Origin: Eledone cirrhosa
Lineage: Eukaryota
NCBI GenBank assembly: GCA_964016885.1
Contig: OZ024740.1
Coordinates: 160,518,001 to 160,582,000 of the forward strand
Length of the DNA stretch: 64,000 nt
Reading direction: 5' to 3'
The notes beneath the pieces are model-generated. The model was not told the origin of the DNA and ran no database searches. It saw only the letters and a list, made by a program, of their open reading frames with translations. Shown here in pieces: positions 46,061 to 57,671 of the stretch. How positions within the stretch are numbered: position 1 is the first letter of the stretch; each line of letters begins with the position of its first letter. A program made the translations under genes and the position numbers.

Positions 46061-47079
46061 CATCTCATATTATTAAGTTGGTGTTTGGCAAATAATTTAG
46101 CAAAAGTCCTTGCCTAAAATAATGATGGAATGATTTTTTAGGTTGATATAAACACTTTAACGTTTTGTATTATACAAGTCAGATGTTTTTTCGGGTAGTT
46201 TGGAGTTAAATATTGCTCTAATCCATCTGATCTTGAACCAAGAGAACCCATCAAGCCCATACCAGCATGGTAAGCAATGAAGATGATTCTTTCTGACACT
46301 CTAAAAGATCTGCTAATTTGTTGTCTTATCCCATTAAAAAGATGGTTAGAATGTCTTTGATCAGAAGTCTCTGATCAATTAGTCCTTACTTGAGGATAAA
46401 CAATGATAATGTCAACAGTAAGAGCAACAACAACAATGAAAATAGTAACAGCAGCAACAACATCTTAGTATTCAGGGTAGCTATTGGTAAAAATAGAAAT
46501 GGCATACATCAGAATGTGAATTTATTATTCATTAATTATTCCACTGCTGCTTTCCTAAAGATATCAGATTATTCCTGAAATTGATATATGATAATGAAGG
46601 GGCTAAAGTTTAGATTGTCTGCATTGACACATAGCATGGCCAGCTCACCTGTTTCTAAATGTTGGAAAAATAGCCCTTTGTCAATATGCTCACACATACA
46701 TCATCATCATTTAACACATGTGTTCCCTGCTAGTAAAGATTGTGATTATACAAGTCTGCAGAAATCAAGTCAATACTCAAGCAGGGCTACTAACTTCTCA
46801 AAAAGGCTGGGAATCTGCAGTTTGCTTGCATATGATCCAACACTATACCAAGTGCATTTTATTGTGACACCAATGCTAGGGAGGTTTTCATGTCTTTGAC
46901 AAAGCTGAAGGGTCTTCTGAACCCATATTTTGGCAAGCTTTCTACAACTAGGTGTTTTTTCTATCACTGACCAATTTACAGCATGTACTGGTTATGTTTA
47001 TCCCACATATCACCTAAACTAGGGAGATTGCCATGGCTTTGACAGAACATATATATATGTAAATATATATGTAAATAGG

Positions 47080-48602
47080 GAGAAAAAAACGATTATTAGG
47101 AAGAAAAAAACATTTTTTTCCTTTATTTTTTTCTCTTTTTTCTGGATTAGAAAATGTTTAAAACAAAATATTTTACTTTGTGTGAAGTGTTAAGGTATTA
47201 GTTAATTTATTTATTAATTAACAATAGCATTGATTTATTTATTTATTAATTTATTTATTTAATAATTATCAATTACCAGTTTCAGTATTTTATGCATTAT
47301 CAAATTATGTGAGTGGGACAGAAATAAAAAAAAAAAAAAAAGGGAGGGGAATTTGTATTGGTATAAAATGTAGGAGAGAAGATAGGTGATGTTGAACATG
47401 TTATTGAAATGGGAAAAAAAGAATAATATTATTTACAAACAAGGTTTTTGAAGTAAAAAAAATGGGTGATGTGGAAAAAGATAAAGGAAAGAAAGAATAA
47501 TATTATTTACAGGCATGGTTCTTGAGGATAAGCAGTTCAAAAGGTGTTATTATGGCAGGAGCGCTTGGAGGAGTTGTTCCATGATGGTGGCAAAAATCTG
47601 CCTGGGAATGGATGTGTTTTCCCTTTTTAGAGAATTAATATGCAGGGGGGGGGGGGGTAATGCAGGGTGGTCTGGTAGAAGAACGAGAGGAGAGGGGGTA
47701 ATTCATTTATATAAGAAAAAGGATTAGGTAGGGTGTCAGGGAGGTAACTCTTTAGAGAGACATAGGTATTTGTAAATGTTTGATTGATCGTTCCAGTTTT
47801 AGTTTAGTCCGAAGTTTAGTCCATTATGTAGAGGTTGGAATGTGTTAATGAAGTATGTTTCCTTATTGGTACGATGGATGAAAGAAGTGTTGTCTATGAA
47901 TTTGTAAATGGGGACAATTCCAAAGTTAAGTTGTTGGTTAGGTGCACATTTGGCGATATGTTCACTAAAAGAAATCTTTCTGTGTTCCTGTATTTTGATT
48001 TGTGATCTATGGATGGTCATATCTTGTCGGAGGCTGTTTTTTGTCTGTCCTATGTAGTGCCCTCGACAACCTGAGCAGGTCAAAACATAGATTAGGTTTT
48101 CAGATGCACATGTAAAGTTGTATTTAACTGTGGAATGTTGTCCTTGTTTAAAGTGTAATGTTGAACCTTCTATTAGAGTTATGCATATGCCACAGTTGGG
48201 CCTTCCACATTTTGTTACTGTAGGGTTCATTGTGAGGGTTGGTTGGATTTTGGCTTGTATGAGGATGTTTTTTATGGATTTAGGTTGTCTTTTGCTCTTT
48301 ATGATGTTGTGTGTTTAGAGGATTTTATTCATTCTTGGGTCGCTTTTTAGTAAAGGAATGTTCTAGGGAATGGTGTTGAATGCCTCATTGTTGAGGGGTT
48401 GTGTGTGGAGATGTATGGTGGAGTTTTCTGTTTCGGTTCATTCCTGGGTTTGGGGTGTCTGAGTTCCTGGATGTTGAGTTTTAGGGCACGTTGGAATCCA
48501 TTGTTGATTAGGGATGGTGGGTAGTTTCTGCTGATAAGTGTGTTTTTTAATTCTTCTAGTCGTGTGTAGCATGTGTATTTATCTGAAACTATTGTATTTA
48601 TC
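47080..48602 (-). mobile_element. Penelope-like element 3' fragment (thumb + GIY-YIG), same family as 40037 ORF
   Basis: ORF 47799-48230 NLIYVLTCSGCRGHYIGQTKNSLRQ; upstream RLEELKNTLISRNYP; 3' boundary approximate. Confidence 0.88.
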
Positions 48603-49507
48603 TGAAAGATATATATTCCAACTCGTGTGTTCCTTCTCCACATTTTATAATTATATATATATATAACATTAAATTAAAAATCGATTGACATATATATATA
48701 AAATAAACACATCAAACAATTACAAGGGATAATTTGTAAAGAGTATAACACACAGTTATGGAGGTAACATTAAAAATTAAAAATTTAGTGTGTAATCATA
48801 GATAGTTAAATCTTCTCCTTTGCCAATGATCCAAGATTTATCATCTGTGATTCACTGATTAATGGTGAAATATATTTCTTTAATGGAATATATACAAAAA
48901 AGATTAATGATTATTGCAAAGTATCCACTATCATGCAACTTTATTCTGCAAACCCCACCAGCATTTTTCACCAACCCCCTATACACCCACCTCCGCATAC
49001 ATCACCTGTCTTCCACTGACCAGTTAAATTTCTATGGCTAAGTTCTTATTTTCTATGCCTACACCCACTACTGACCTTTATTGACTTCTTCTTCCCCCCC
49101 CCCCCCAGCAACAACCACCCTGTCCATCCTTTCACAATCACACCTTCTCAATTAAATCCTTCTTCATCCACCCCAAGTCTTCTTTATTTATACTGTGTCT
49201 GCCATCGAAACATTAGTTCTTGTTTGAACCTGTGATAAATAGGGGAAACTCCAGAGTAACAAGACTCACATTTTAGTCTTAATATAAATGAATATCAAAA
49301 CTCTACCTCGGTATTGAATATTCCTTTTTCTCAGCCGTCAACCGCATATGTATGTATGTATATATATCGCCTTGACCTTGACCGACCAGTTTGTTGGGCG
49401 TCCATTCGGCACCGCTGGTCACAGCACATAATGCTGTTTTAGCCATAAGATAACGCCATCCCACTGGCTGGGTGGGCAGGCAGATGTATATATATATATA
49501 TATATAT

Positions 49508-52500
49508 CATCATCATCATCATCAACGTTTAAGCGTCCGTGTTCCACACTTGCATGGGTTTGGACGGGGGTAGTCCCACTTGAGGCAAGAGTGATTGTCT
49601 TGCTCGCATAGGACTGTCTGGCAGGTTTTCTACAGTTGGATGCCCTTCCTAACACCAACCACATTTACAGTGTGGGTCTGGGAGGTTTTTACCGTGTTGC
49701 CTACACGGCCACATTACAGCGTGGACTGTGTGTTTTTTTTGTCGTGACACCTACACGATCTCATTTGTTTCGGCCTGGATGGCGCAGCACCAACATAACT
49801 TTACATAGAACGGGGTGGTGTGGATGGGGTGGTGGTGGTGGGGGTGGGACGGGGTGTATTTTGTTAGAGATGCCTACTGGCTGTAGTAGGTTTTACTATG
49901 TATTTAGGTAAGGCGGGTCTTCTCTGTTACTGAGTACCGCCAAAGGTCTCGGTACAGTGACATTGTCTTGGAGAGGTGTAAGTGTGTGAGGTCGGAGTTT
50001 ATCAGCTCGTCCCAGATTTTTCTGGGTCTGCCTATTCCGTGGCTACCGTCTATCTTTATTGCCCTGCACTTTGTTATACAGCTATCGACTTTCATGCGCA
50101 TCACGTGTCCGTACCAACGTAGCCTTCTCTCGAGTAAACAACATCTGATCCCTCTTATTTCTAATTTTTTCCTTAGTTCGTTTATGCTTTGCCGTTCACG
50201 TATATTACTGTTACACATCCAGCGGAGCATGCAAGCTTCGTTCCTCTCTAGTCTGCGTATATCATCTGCACACAATGCCCAGGTCTCACTGCCATGCAAC
50301 ATTGCTGTTCGTATGCAGGCATGGTACAACCTGCCTTTCATTTTTAGGGAGAACCCTTTAGCAGCTAATAGTGGTATAAGCTCTCTGAACTTTTTCCAAC
50401 CAGTTCTGACTCTAGCTACTGTACTTTCAGAGCACCCTCCCCCACTGCTGATTTTATCGCCCAGGTAACGGAAGCTGTCCACTATTTCTATAGAACCCTC
50501 TGCGCAATTGAAAGAGCTAGTATTTTGTGGGCACTTGCTGCTACTTATTGCACCAGAGCACCGGCCACATGTAAAATCTATGATCTTAGTTAGCTTACCT
50601 GTGATCCCACAACATTTTTATGCACCCATACTTTGCATTTAGGACATAAAATGGAGTTTCTACCTACGCCTTTCCTACACACCGAGCACGACCATTTCCC
50701 AGAAGGGACCGCCGCCTTATTTTCTTTCCTACAAACTAGAACTTTAGTCTTAGCCAGGTTAATTTTAAGTCCTTTTGATTCTAGGCCATGCTTCCATGTT
50801 TGGAATTTCTTCTCTAGCTCGGCCATTGATTCCGCTATGAGTGTCAGGTCATCTGCGTATAGGAGTTCCCATGGGCAGCCGGTCTTGAACTCCTCTGTTA
50901 TAGCCTGAAGGGCAATAATAAATAGTAGGGGGCTGAGAACAGAGCCCTGATGGACGCCAACTTTTACGCTAAACTCTTCACTATATTCGTTGTTAATTCT
51001 AACCTTGGTGACTGTTTCTTTATACATGGCTTGTATAGCTCTCACAAGCCATTCGTCAACGCCTAGTTTTCTAAGAGCCCACCAGATAATGGAGCGGGGG
51101 ACTCTGTCGAAGGCTTTCTCCAAGTCGACAAAAGCTAAGTAGAGGGGTTTACCTTTAGCTAGGTACTTCTCCTGTAGTTGTCGTACAATGAAAAGAGCGT
51201 CTGTGGTACTTTTGCCTGACACAAACCCGAACTGCATTTCATCTAGGTCAATTCTCTCTCTGATTAGTTGCGCTATTACTTTTTCCGTGACCTTCATGAC
51301 CTGGTCGATTAATTTAATGCCTCTATAGTTACTCCTATCTAGGGCGTCTCCTTTACCCTTATAACAGTTAACGATGATGCTGCTATGCCAGTCCTTCGGA
51401 ACAACCCCATTCTGTACGACTTGGTTAACTATGCGGGTGACCATGGTGTGTCCCACCGTGCCAGATGCCTTCAGCATCTCAGCAACTATTTCCGAAGGCC
51501 CAGCCGCCTTACCCGTTTTCATATCCTTGATTGCCTTACTTATTATACTCCCCTCGACTACTAACACTGCTGGTCCCTCTATTGGGTCGATATGGGGGAG
51601 ACTGTCTTTCTCCCATTTATTCTCCTCATTTAGTAGCCTTTCATAGTGACACTTCCAAGCTACCTTCTTATCAGCGTCGGTGATGGCAAGTATGCCATCA
51701 TCGTTAAGTACACACTTCTCCCCGACAATATCACGGTTTTCCTTGACGCATTGCCTAGCAATCCTGAACACCTCACGTTTTTGGTCCTCGCGTTGTAGAA
51801 CATGCTTGAACTTTCTTTCCTCAGCTTCCCTTCTTGCTAAGTACACTTGTCTCCTAGCTTCCCTCCTGGCCACTTGATAGTCTTCTCTACTTCCCCCATC
51901 CCGCCATACTTTCTAAGCCTGCTTTTTGGCCTTAATTGACCCCTCCACCTTACTGTTCCACCACCATGTTACTCTCCTCCTGCCTACAGGCCTGCTCCAG
52001 CCACAGACTTCGTCTGTCGCCATCAGCAGGTTTGCTTTCAGAAATTCCCACTGTCCCTCTATATTGTCCGACTCTAAATGTTCTTCCTTACTGTCGAAAG
52101 CATCAAGTAATATGCTTTGAAATTTATTTCTGGCTGTGGGGTCCTTTAGCTTCCATATTTTTCTCCTGAGGATAGTCCTCTTCTGCTGTCGAGTACGTCT
52201 CGTCCTGACTATGAGGTCGCTAATTATCAGTCTATGTTGGGAGGTGGATTCTTCATGGGGGAGGGATTTAGTGTTTACAACAGACACTCTGTCACGTCTT
52301 CTGGTAAGGATATAATCTACCTGGCTTGTGTGTTCCCCGGATCTATAGGTGATCAGGTGATTGTCACGTTTTTTGAAGTTAGTGTTACAGATAGTTAGGT
52401 TATTTGCATCACAGAATTCCAGGATTCTGGAGCCTTCCTCATTTCTAATACCAAACCCATAGCCTCCATGGATTTCGTCGTAGCCGTCACAATGTTGTCC

Positions 52501-53300
52501 AACGTGACCATTTAGGTCGCCTGCAATAATTATATAGTCACTGTCGGATATTTGGGAGGTAGTTAGCATCAGTGTCTCATAGAATCAGTTTTTTATAGTG
52601 CAGGGCGGTCCGGATTGGGGTGCGTACGCAGATATTACTGTCACCGTAGTTCTATTGAGGACAAGTCGTATTTTAATTATTCTGTCGTTCACTCTATTTA
52701 CGTCTATTATCTTATCTGCCCACTTTTCTGCTACCATGATTCCTACTCCACCCAGCCCATCGTCGTTTCCCACCCAGAAAAGCTTATAACATCGTTTTTT
52801 ACCCTCAATGAATCTAGCAGACCCACCCCTCCACCTGATCTCTTGAATACAACAAACATCGACCTCCTTACGTTCAAGCATTTCTACAACCTCGTTAGCG
52901 CGACCCTTTAGGGTGCCTACATTTATGGTACCAACTCTGAAGTTTTGGATTGCGTTTGGGGGTTGGGGGTGGTGGGGGGCGGGGGGCGATGGGGTTATGT
53001 TAGCCGTCCACGGTCGAAACAATGAGGAGTGCTCGCATTCTCGTCCACGAGGTGAATTTGTCTTTATCTTTGGCATTGTCGCTGAGCGTCCAGATTTTTC
53101 TCTCTCTCCTCCACTCTCCAGGATTCCGCAGTCCATCCATCCATCATATATCGAAAGGCAACCAGGCAAGCGATAGTATAGGCCTCTGGCTTATGATTGG
53201 TCCGCGTAATAATAATACTGGTGATGCGTGGGGGCTCTGGCTTATGATTGGTCCACGTAATAACAATGGTGGTGCGTGGAGGCGGGAGGGAGGGGTGTTG
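49508..53300 (-). mobile_element. Near full-length RTE-clade LINE (APE-RT-PHD-like finger-CTD), pseudogenised
   Basis: ORF pieces 52585-53169 (GTINVGTL, IQEIRW, SAYAPQ), 51913-52569 (GDLNGHVG, QVDY, SQHRL), 50590-51873 (VDLEKAFD, GVHQGSVLSPLLF, YADD), 49904-50482; (GAT)n tail; 5' end may extend to ~53750. Confidence 0.97.
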
Positions 53301-53829
53301 GGTAGCTAGATAGAAGGTAATGATTGAATGAGGTCCTTGCATTTAACAAGCGATTAACAAAAATACAAAATTTGTTCTGTTCAATACGACAAAAACTCTC
53401 GTATCTAACAATTAATGATAGCAAAAAATGTAGATTGTTTTAGCAATAGATTGGCTATTTGGACTTGATACGAAATAGGAGTGTGGAGGTAGAGATGAAA
53501 GAAAAATATGTACATTACGTTACATGAATATCGTGGAGTGAACAGCAATGCAATGAAATTTGGCGAAGTGATTTCTATCTTATATATATATATATAGAGC
53601 TAAGAGAGAGATTGAGGGGGGCCGCATGATGTAGGTATTGGGGCGGTTGACCGCCATGTCCTCGTGAAGTAGAGGGATGGGGGGGTCGAGGGCTAGTAGA
53701 AGCAGGAGTTTAGAGTTTCGAAAGAAGGAAGAAGGAAAAGGGTTTTGTTTTGAAATATATATATATATATATATATATATTATTCAAAATATTAACAAAT
53801 GAAGATATTCACATAATCAAAATATATGC

Positions 53830-53890
53830 TTTATTATATATATTTCGAAGGTACTGTGTTTTTTTTTCCAGTACGTCCTCATCAGATAAA
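53830..53890 (-). ncRNA. Type I hammerhead ribozyme
   Basis: Minus strand: tttat-CTGATGA-ggacgtactg...cagtaccttc-GAAAT-atat-ATA-ataaa. Confidence 0.8.
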
Positions 53891-54479
53891 ATATATGATT
53901 TGATATATGACATACCTCTACGGTCTTGCTATTTCAATTCCAGTGTTGGCAGTGATTTATTTCATCAAATCTCAACATTTATATACCACAAATAATAATA
54001 TGATAAACTTAAAGAAGAAAAGGACATGGAGTGAATAAGAGATATAAGAGAGTGTGTAAAGAAAAGGATATGCAAAAAAAAAAATATAAGAAAAAGAAAG
54101 AGAGAAAATAAAAAATACATATATCAATGAATATATAGATGGGTGAAAAGGATGAAGAAATATATATAAATAAGAAGAAAAAGAAGAAAGAAAGAAGAAA
54201 TAACAAAAGAGTAGAAAAAAAACGGTTGTTTTCAAATATTAGGTCAATTGAGTCAACCAATCAGTTACCATAGACCATTGAATATCTCTAGTATTTTGTT
54301 ATGGGTAAGCTAATTATACTAATATAATATATCAAAATTAATCAATATATATTACTTTTCATAGCCTTCACATATTTAATTAAAAATTTATATAATTTAA
54401 TTTAACTCATTATAGATTTTAATTTCTGGTTTAGGTAATATCAAGACCGTAGAGGTATGTCATATATCAAATCATATAT

Positions 54480-54540
54480 TTTATCTGACGAGGACGTACT
54501 GGAAAAAAAAACACAGTACCTTCGAAATATATATAATAAA
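54480..54540 (+). ncRNA. Type I hammerhead ribozyme
   Basis: tttat-CTGACGA(54485-54491)-ggacgtactg-gaaaaaaaaaca-cagtaccttc-GAAAT-atat-ATA-ataaa. Confidence 0.8.
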
Positions 54541-54683
54541 GCATATATTTTGATTATGTGAATATCTTCATTTGTTAAGATTTTTAATAATATTAAAACT
54601 CCAGGAATAGTAACTGTTGAGTGCTTTTAATCTATTGTAAAACTATATTCATTGAGTAATCAATGAACCATATTAATCTTTGG

Positions 54684-54720
<37 letters not shown>

Positions 54721-54723
<3 letters not shown>

Positions 54724-55473
54724 AGAGTGGTTTCAGTTTAGCAAGTGCTGTGGCTGTTAGTGCACACCTTGTAAGGACCTCTGGCTTTGATCCCTTTTCA
54801 CTGATTCTGGTGCCAAGGTACTTCAACTGCATCATAGTCTACATCTCTTGACCATTGACTGTGATCTTACTTTCTATTGGCTTAGAGATGTTTGGTGTCA
54901 GCTTGGTTTTCTCAGTGCTGATCTCCATGCCGTATCTGATAGAGGTTATCCACTCTGAAGACATAAAAACCTCACTCTCAAGTACAAAATAAAACTACTG
55001 CCTGCGTTGGTCATGTCCATTTTTCTATACGCATGTGAGTCATGGACCCTAACTGCTGAACATCAAAGAAAGATCCAAGCAGTGTAAATGAGATGCTTTA
55101 GGAGAATCTTGGAAATCTTCTACTCGGAGCATATCCCAAACGAGGAAGTCCACAAAAGAATCACCCAGCATGTGAGCGACTTTGAAGATCAGCTGACCAC
55201 AGTGAAGAGGAGGAAGCTGAGGTGGTATGGAGATGTAACAAGATCAGTTGGACTCGCAAAAGATGATTCTCCAGGGAATAGTGTTGGGGAAGAGAAAACG
55301 AGGCAAACAGAGGAAGTGGTGGACAGAAAACATAGCTGATTGGACAGGAAAGAACTTTGCACAACCCAAGTACTCGCCCATGACTGTCAGAGATGGAAGC
55401 AGTTGGTGCAATGTTCAACAGTGCAGTGACCCAACGATCCCAAAAAGGGTTAGGGGACAATGAGGATAATGAT
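54721..55473 (+). mobile_element. RTE LINE 3' fragment with 5' inversion
   Basis: 54721-54950 reads on minus (YGMEISTEKTK...LKYLG...LAKLKPLW); 54950-55460 continues on plus (PL.RHKNLTLKYK...LYACESWTL...KLRWYG). Confidence 0.88.
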
Positions 55474-57041
55474 ATATATGTATATATATATATATATATA
55501 TATTTTAAATGATGATGATGATGATGATATATATATATAAAATATAAAAATATATATATATAACATATATATATATATGCTAACGATGATGATGATATAT
55601 ATATATATGAGTGTGTGTGTGTATTAAATATATTTTTTCCGTGTACTGTGCCGTTTGTTTCGTTATTTTTGTTTACATTAAATGCACACACACATATAAT
55701 GTACATTGAAAAGAGAATTAGAAATTTTCACTCTAAATTGACTAAAGAAAATAGATTAATATTAGGGCATATGAACCCCAACAACAGAAAAAAATGTGCA
55801 TTAGCAAACCAATAATCAATAAACAAATACTTAGCACTGATAAGACATAGGAATTGTTCAATAAATCTATCTAGTCATACATACTGAACTAAAAATAAAA
55901 TATTTAATGAATAACAAAAATTATTTAATTTTTGAAACTATAGAAATAACTGGTCTTTAAAAATCTACGAAGGCTGGAGATGCAATATATTGTCAAGGAT
56001 TTACTGACTATAAATAAGATATTTTGATTCATAGATGCTATGAAAATATTCAGCGAGAGAAACATTTAATTGCTCTATCGCTGTTGTCCTTATTTTTCAC
56101 TTTTATTTTATTTCTCTCCCTTCCTTTGCTTCTCTTTCTTTCCCCCTACCCCTCTCTCAATTATAAGGTGTATTAGATACCTTTCTCAGTCAGTCATGGC
56201 TTACCAACTTTACATGGAAATTTAAATTGATTAAATAAATAATAAATGCACAAATATAATTAATTTCCACCAATAAAACATTAGTTATACCCAATAATTT
56301 TTTTTCATATGTTGCCAAAATTTAAAAGAAAATTGATAAATATTATAAAATATCAATTTCTAATATATAACCTGGCTACCTTGCTTCCAGCTAATGACTG
56401 CAGGGGGCCTAATATGTTCACCTATATTTCGTATAACTTGAACAGACATTATTTTTTTATATAAATTGAATTTATAATCATAATTGTGATGTTAATAAGA
56501 ATACAGTCATCCACACCTCTCTTGTTTGTCTTCTCTGTTTTGTAATAATAATGAAATAAATTCAATTTATATAAAATGCACTATTTGTTCAATTTATACA
56601 ATGTGTATGTGAATTATTCTATTTACTTACTAAATTGTAAAATGTTAGTAAAGCGAACATTTCAAAACTAGTGCAGGTGTTAGCTAGAGGTGAGTGGAAC
56701 AAGCTTATTAGTTAGTACACACACATATATTTATTTATTTATTCATAATATAAACTACAGCCATCACATGCAGTTAAACATGACTTGATAATGTAAACGA
56801 TGCTCTTTGAATAAGGGTTTTAGGTGCCTATGCAGTCACAAGCAAACACAAACACAATCTCAACACTCAAGCCCTTGATCTAGCAGAACATCCATGGTAA
56901 GAGAGCTGGAAGGAGAGATGGCAGTGGCAGTACTGGGCTGGTACTATTCCTATCAATCATAAAAAGATAAAATGCGAAGTGTACCTCATCAGAAATTGAA
57001 TGCAGAGACCCAGAACAAATATCCAACATTCCCATATATAT

Positions 57042-57076
<35 letters not shown>

Positions 57077-57617
57077 AACTTAAGAAAATTAACAAAGAAA
57101 GGACAAGACAACGAACGTAAACAAAACAAAATGAAAAACAAATTTTTAAGGGGAAGCCTTAAAAAATTATTTAAAAAAAATAAATATTCAAATGAAGGAC
57201 ACAGAACTCCATGGTCATCGGCCGTTGAGATGGACTTGGGCAGTTTCAACTCCTACAAATGGTACTGCTGATCCATTCAGAGTCACAGCACCTGACATAA
57301 GCCAGACGTTGTCCAAAGGAATAAAAGATGAAAGACAAAACGTTAACTTATTGCCGTTAAGCTACTAACATATACAATTTTGTGTGTTATTAGGGAAAAT
57401 GTCTGGTGACTCTCATAGCACTTGAAAGATAAGTGAAACAAAGAAAAAAATGAAGAAATACGAAAGGAAGAGAAAAAGCAGGATGAAGAAAGTAAGATAT
57501 TGTGTTTAAGAAAATGCAAAGCATTGCAATAAATTGGGGAGAAGAGATACGCACATTCGTCACATTAGTAGATAAACTTAAGAAAATTAACAAAGAAAGG
57601 ACAAGACAACGAACGAA

Positions 57618-57667
<50 letters not shown>

Positions 57668-57671
<4 letters not shown>

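Larger units (their letters stand above)
53768..54685. mobile_element. ORF-less fold-back element with two intact-looking hammerheads, between (TA)n tracts
   Basis: ~53768-53928 is inverted at ~54442-54592; AT-rich spacer; ~90-bp tail. Confidence 0.85.

Noticed and set aside
49218-49265. Hammerhead-like cttgt-ttgaa...GAAACtccagaGTA-acaag (similar weak case at ~47270-47310 minus)
   Set aside because: CUGANGA box not intact; could be decayed or chance
56411-56620. Imperfect AT-rich inverted repeat
   Set aside because: Low complexity and diverged; no HHR, TSD or second copy to define an element
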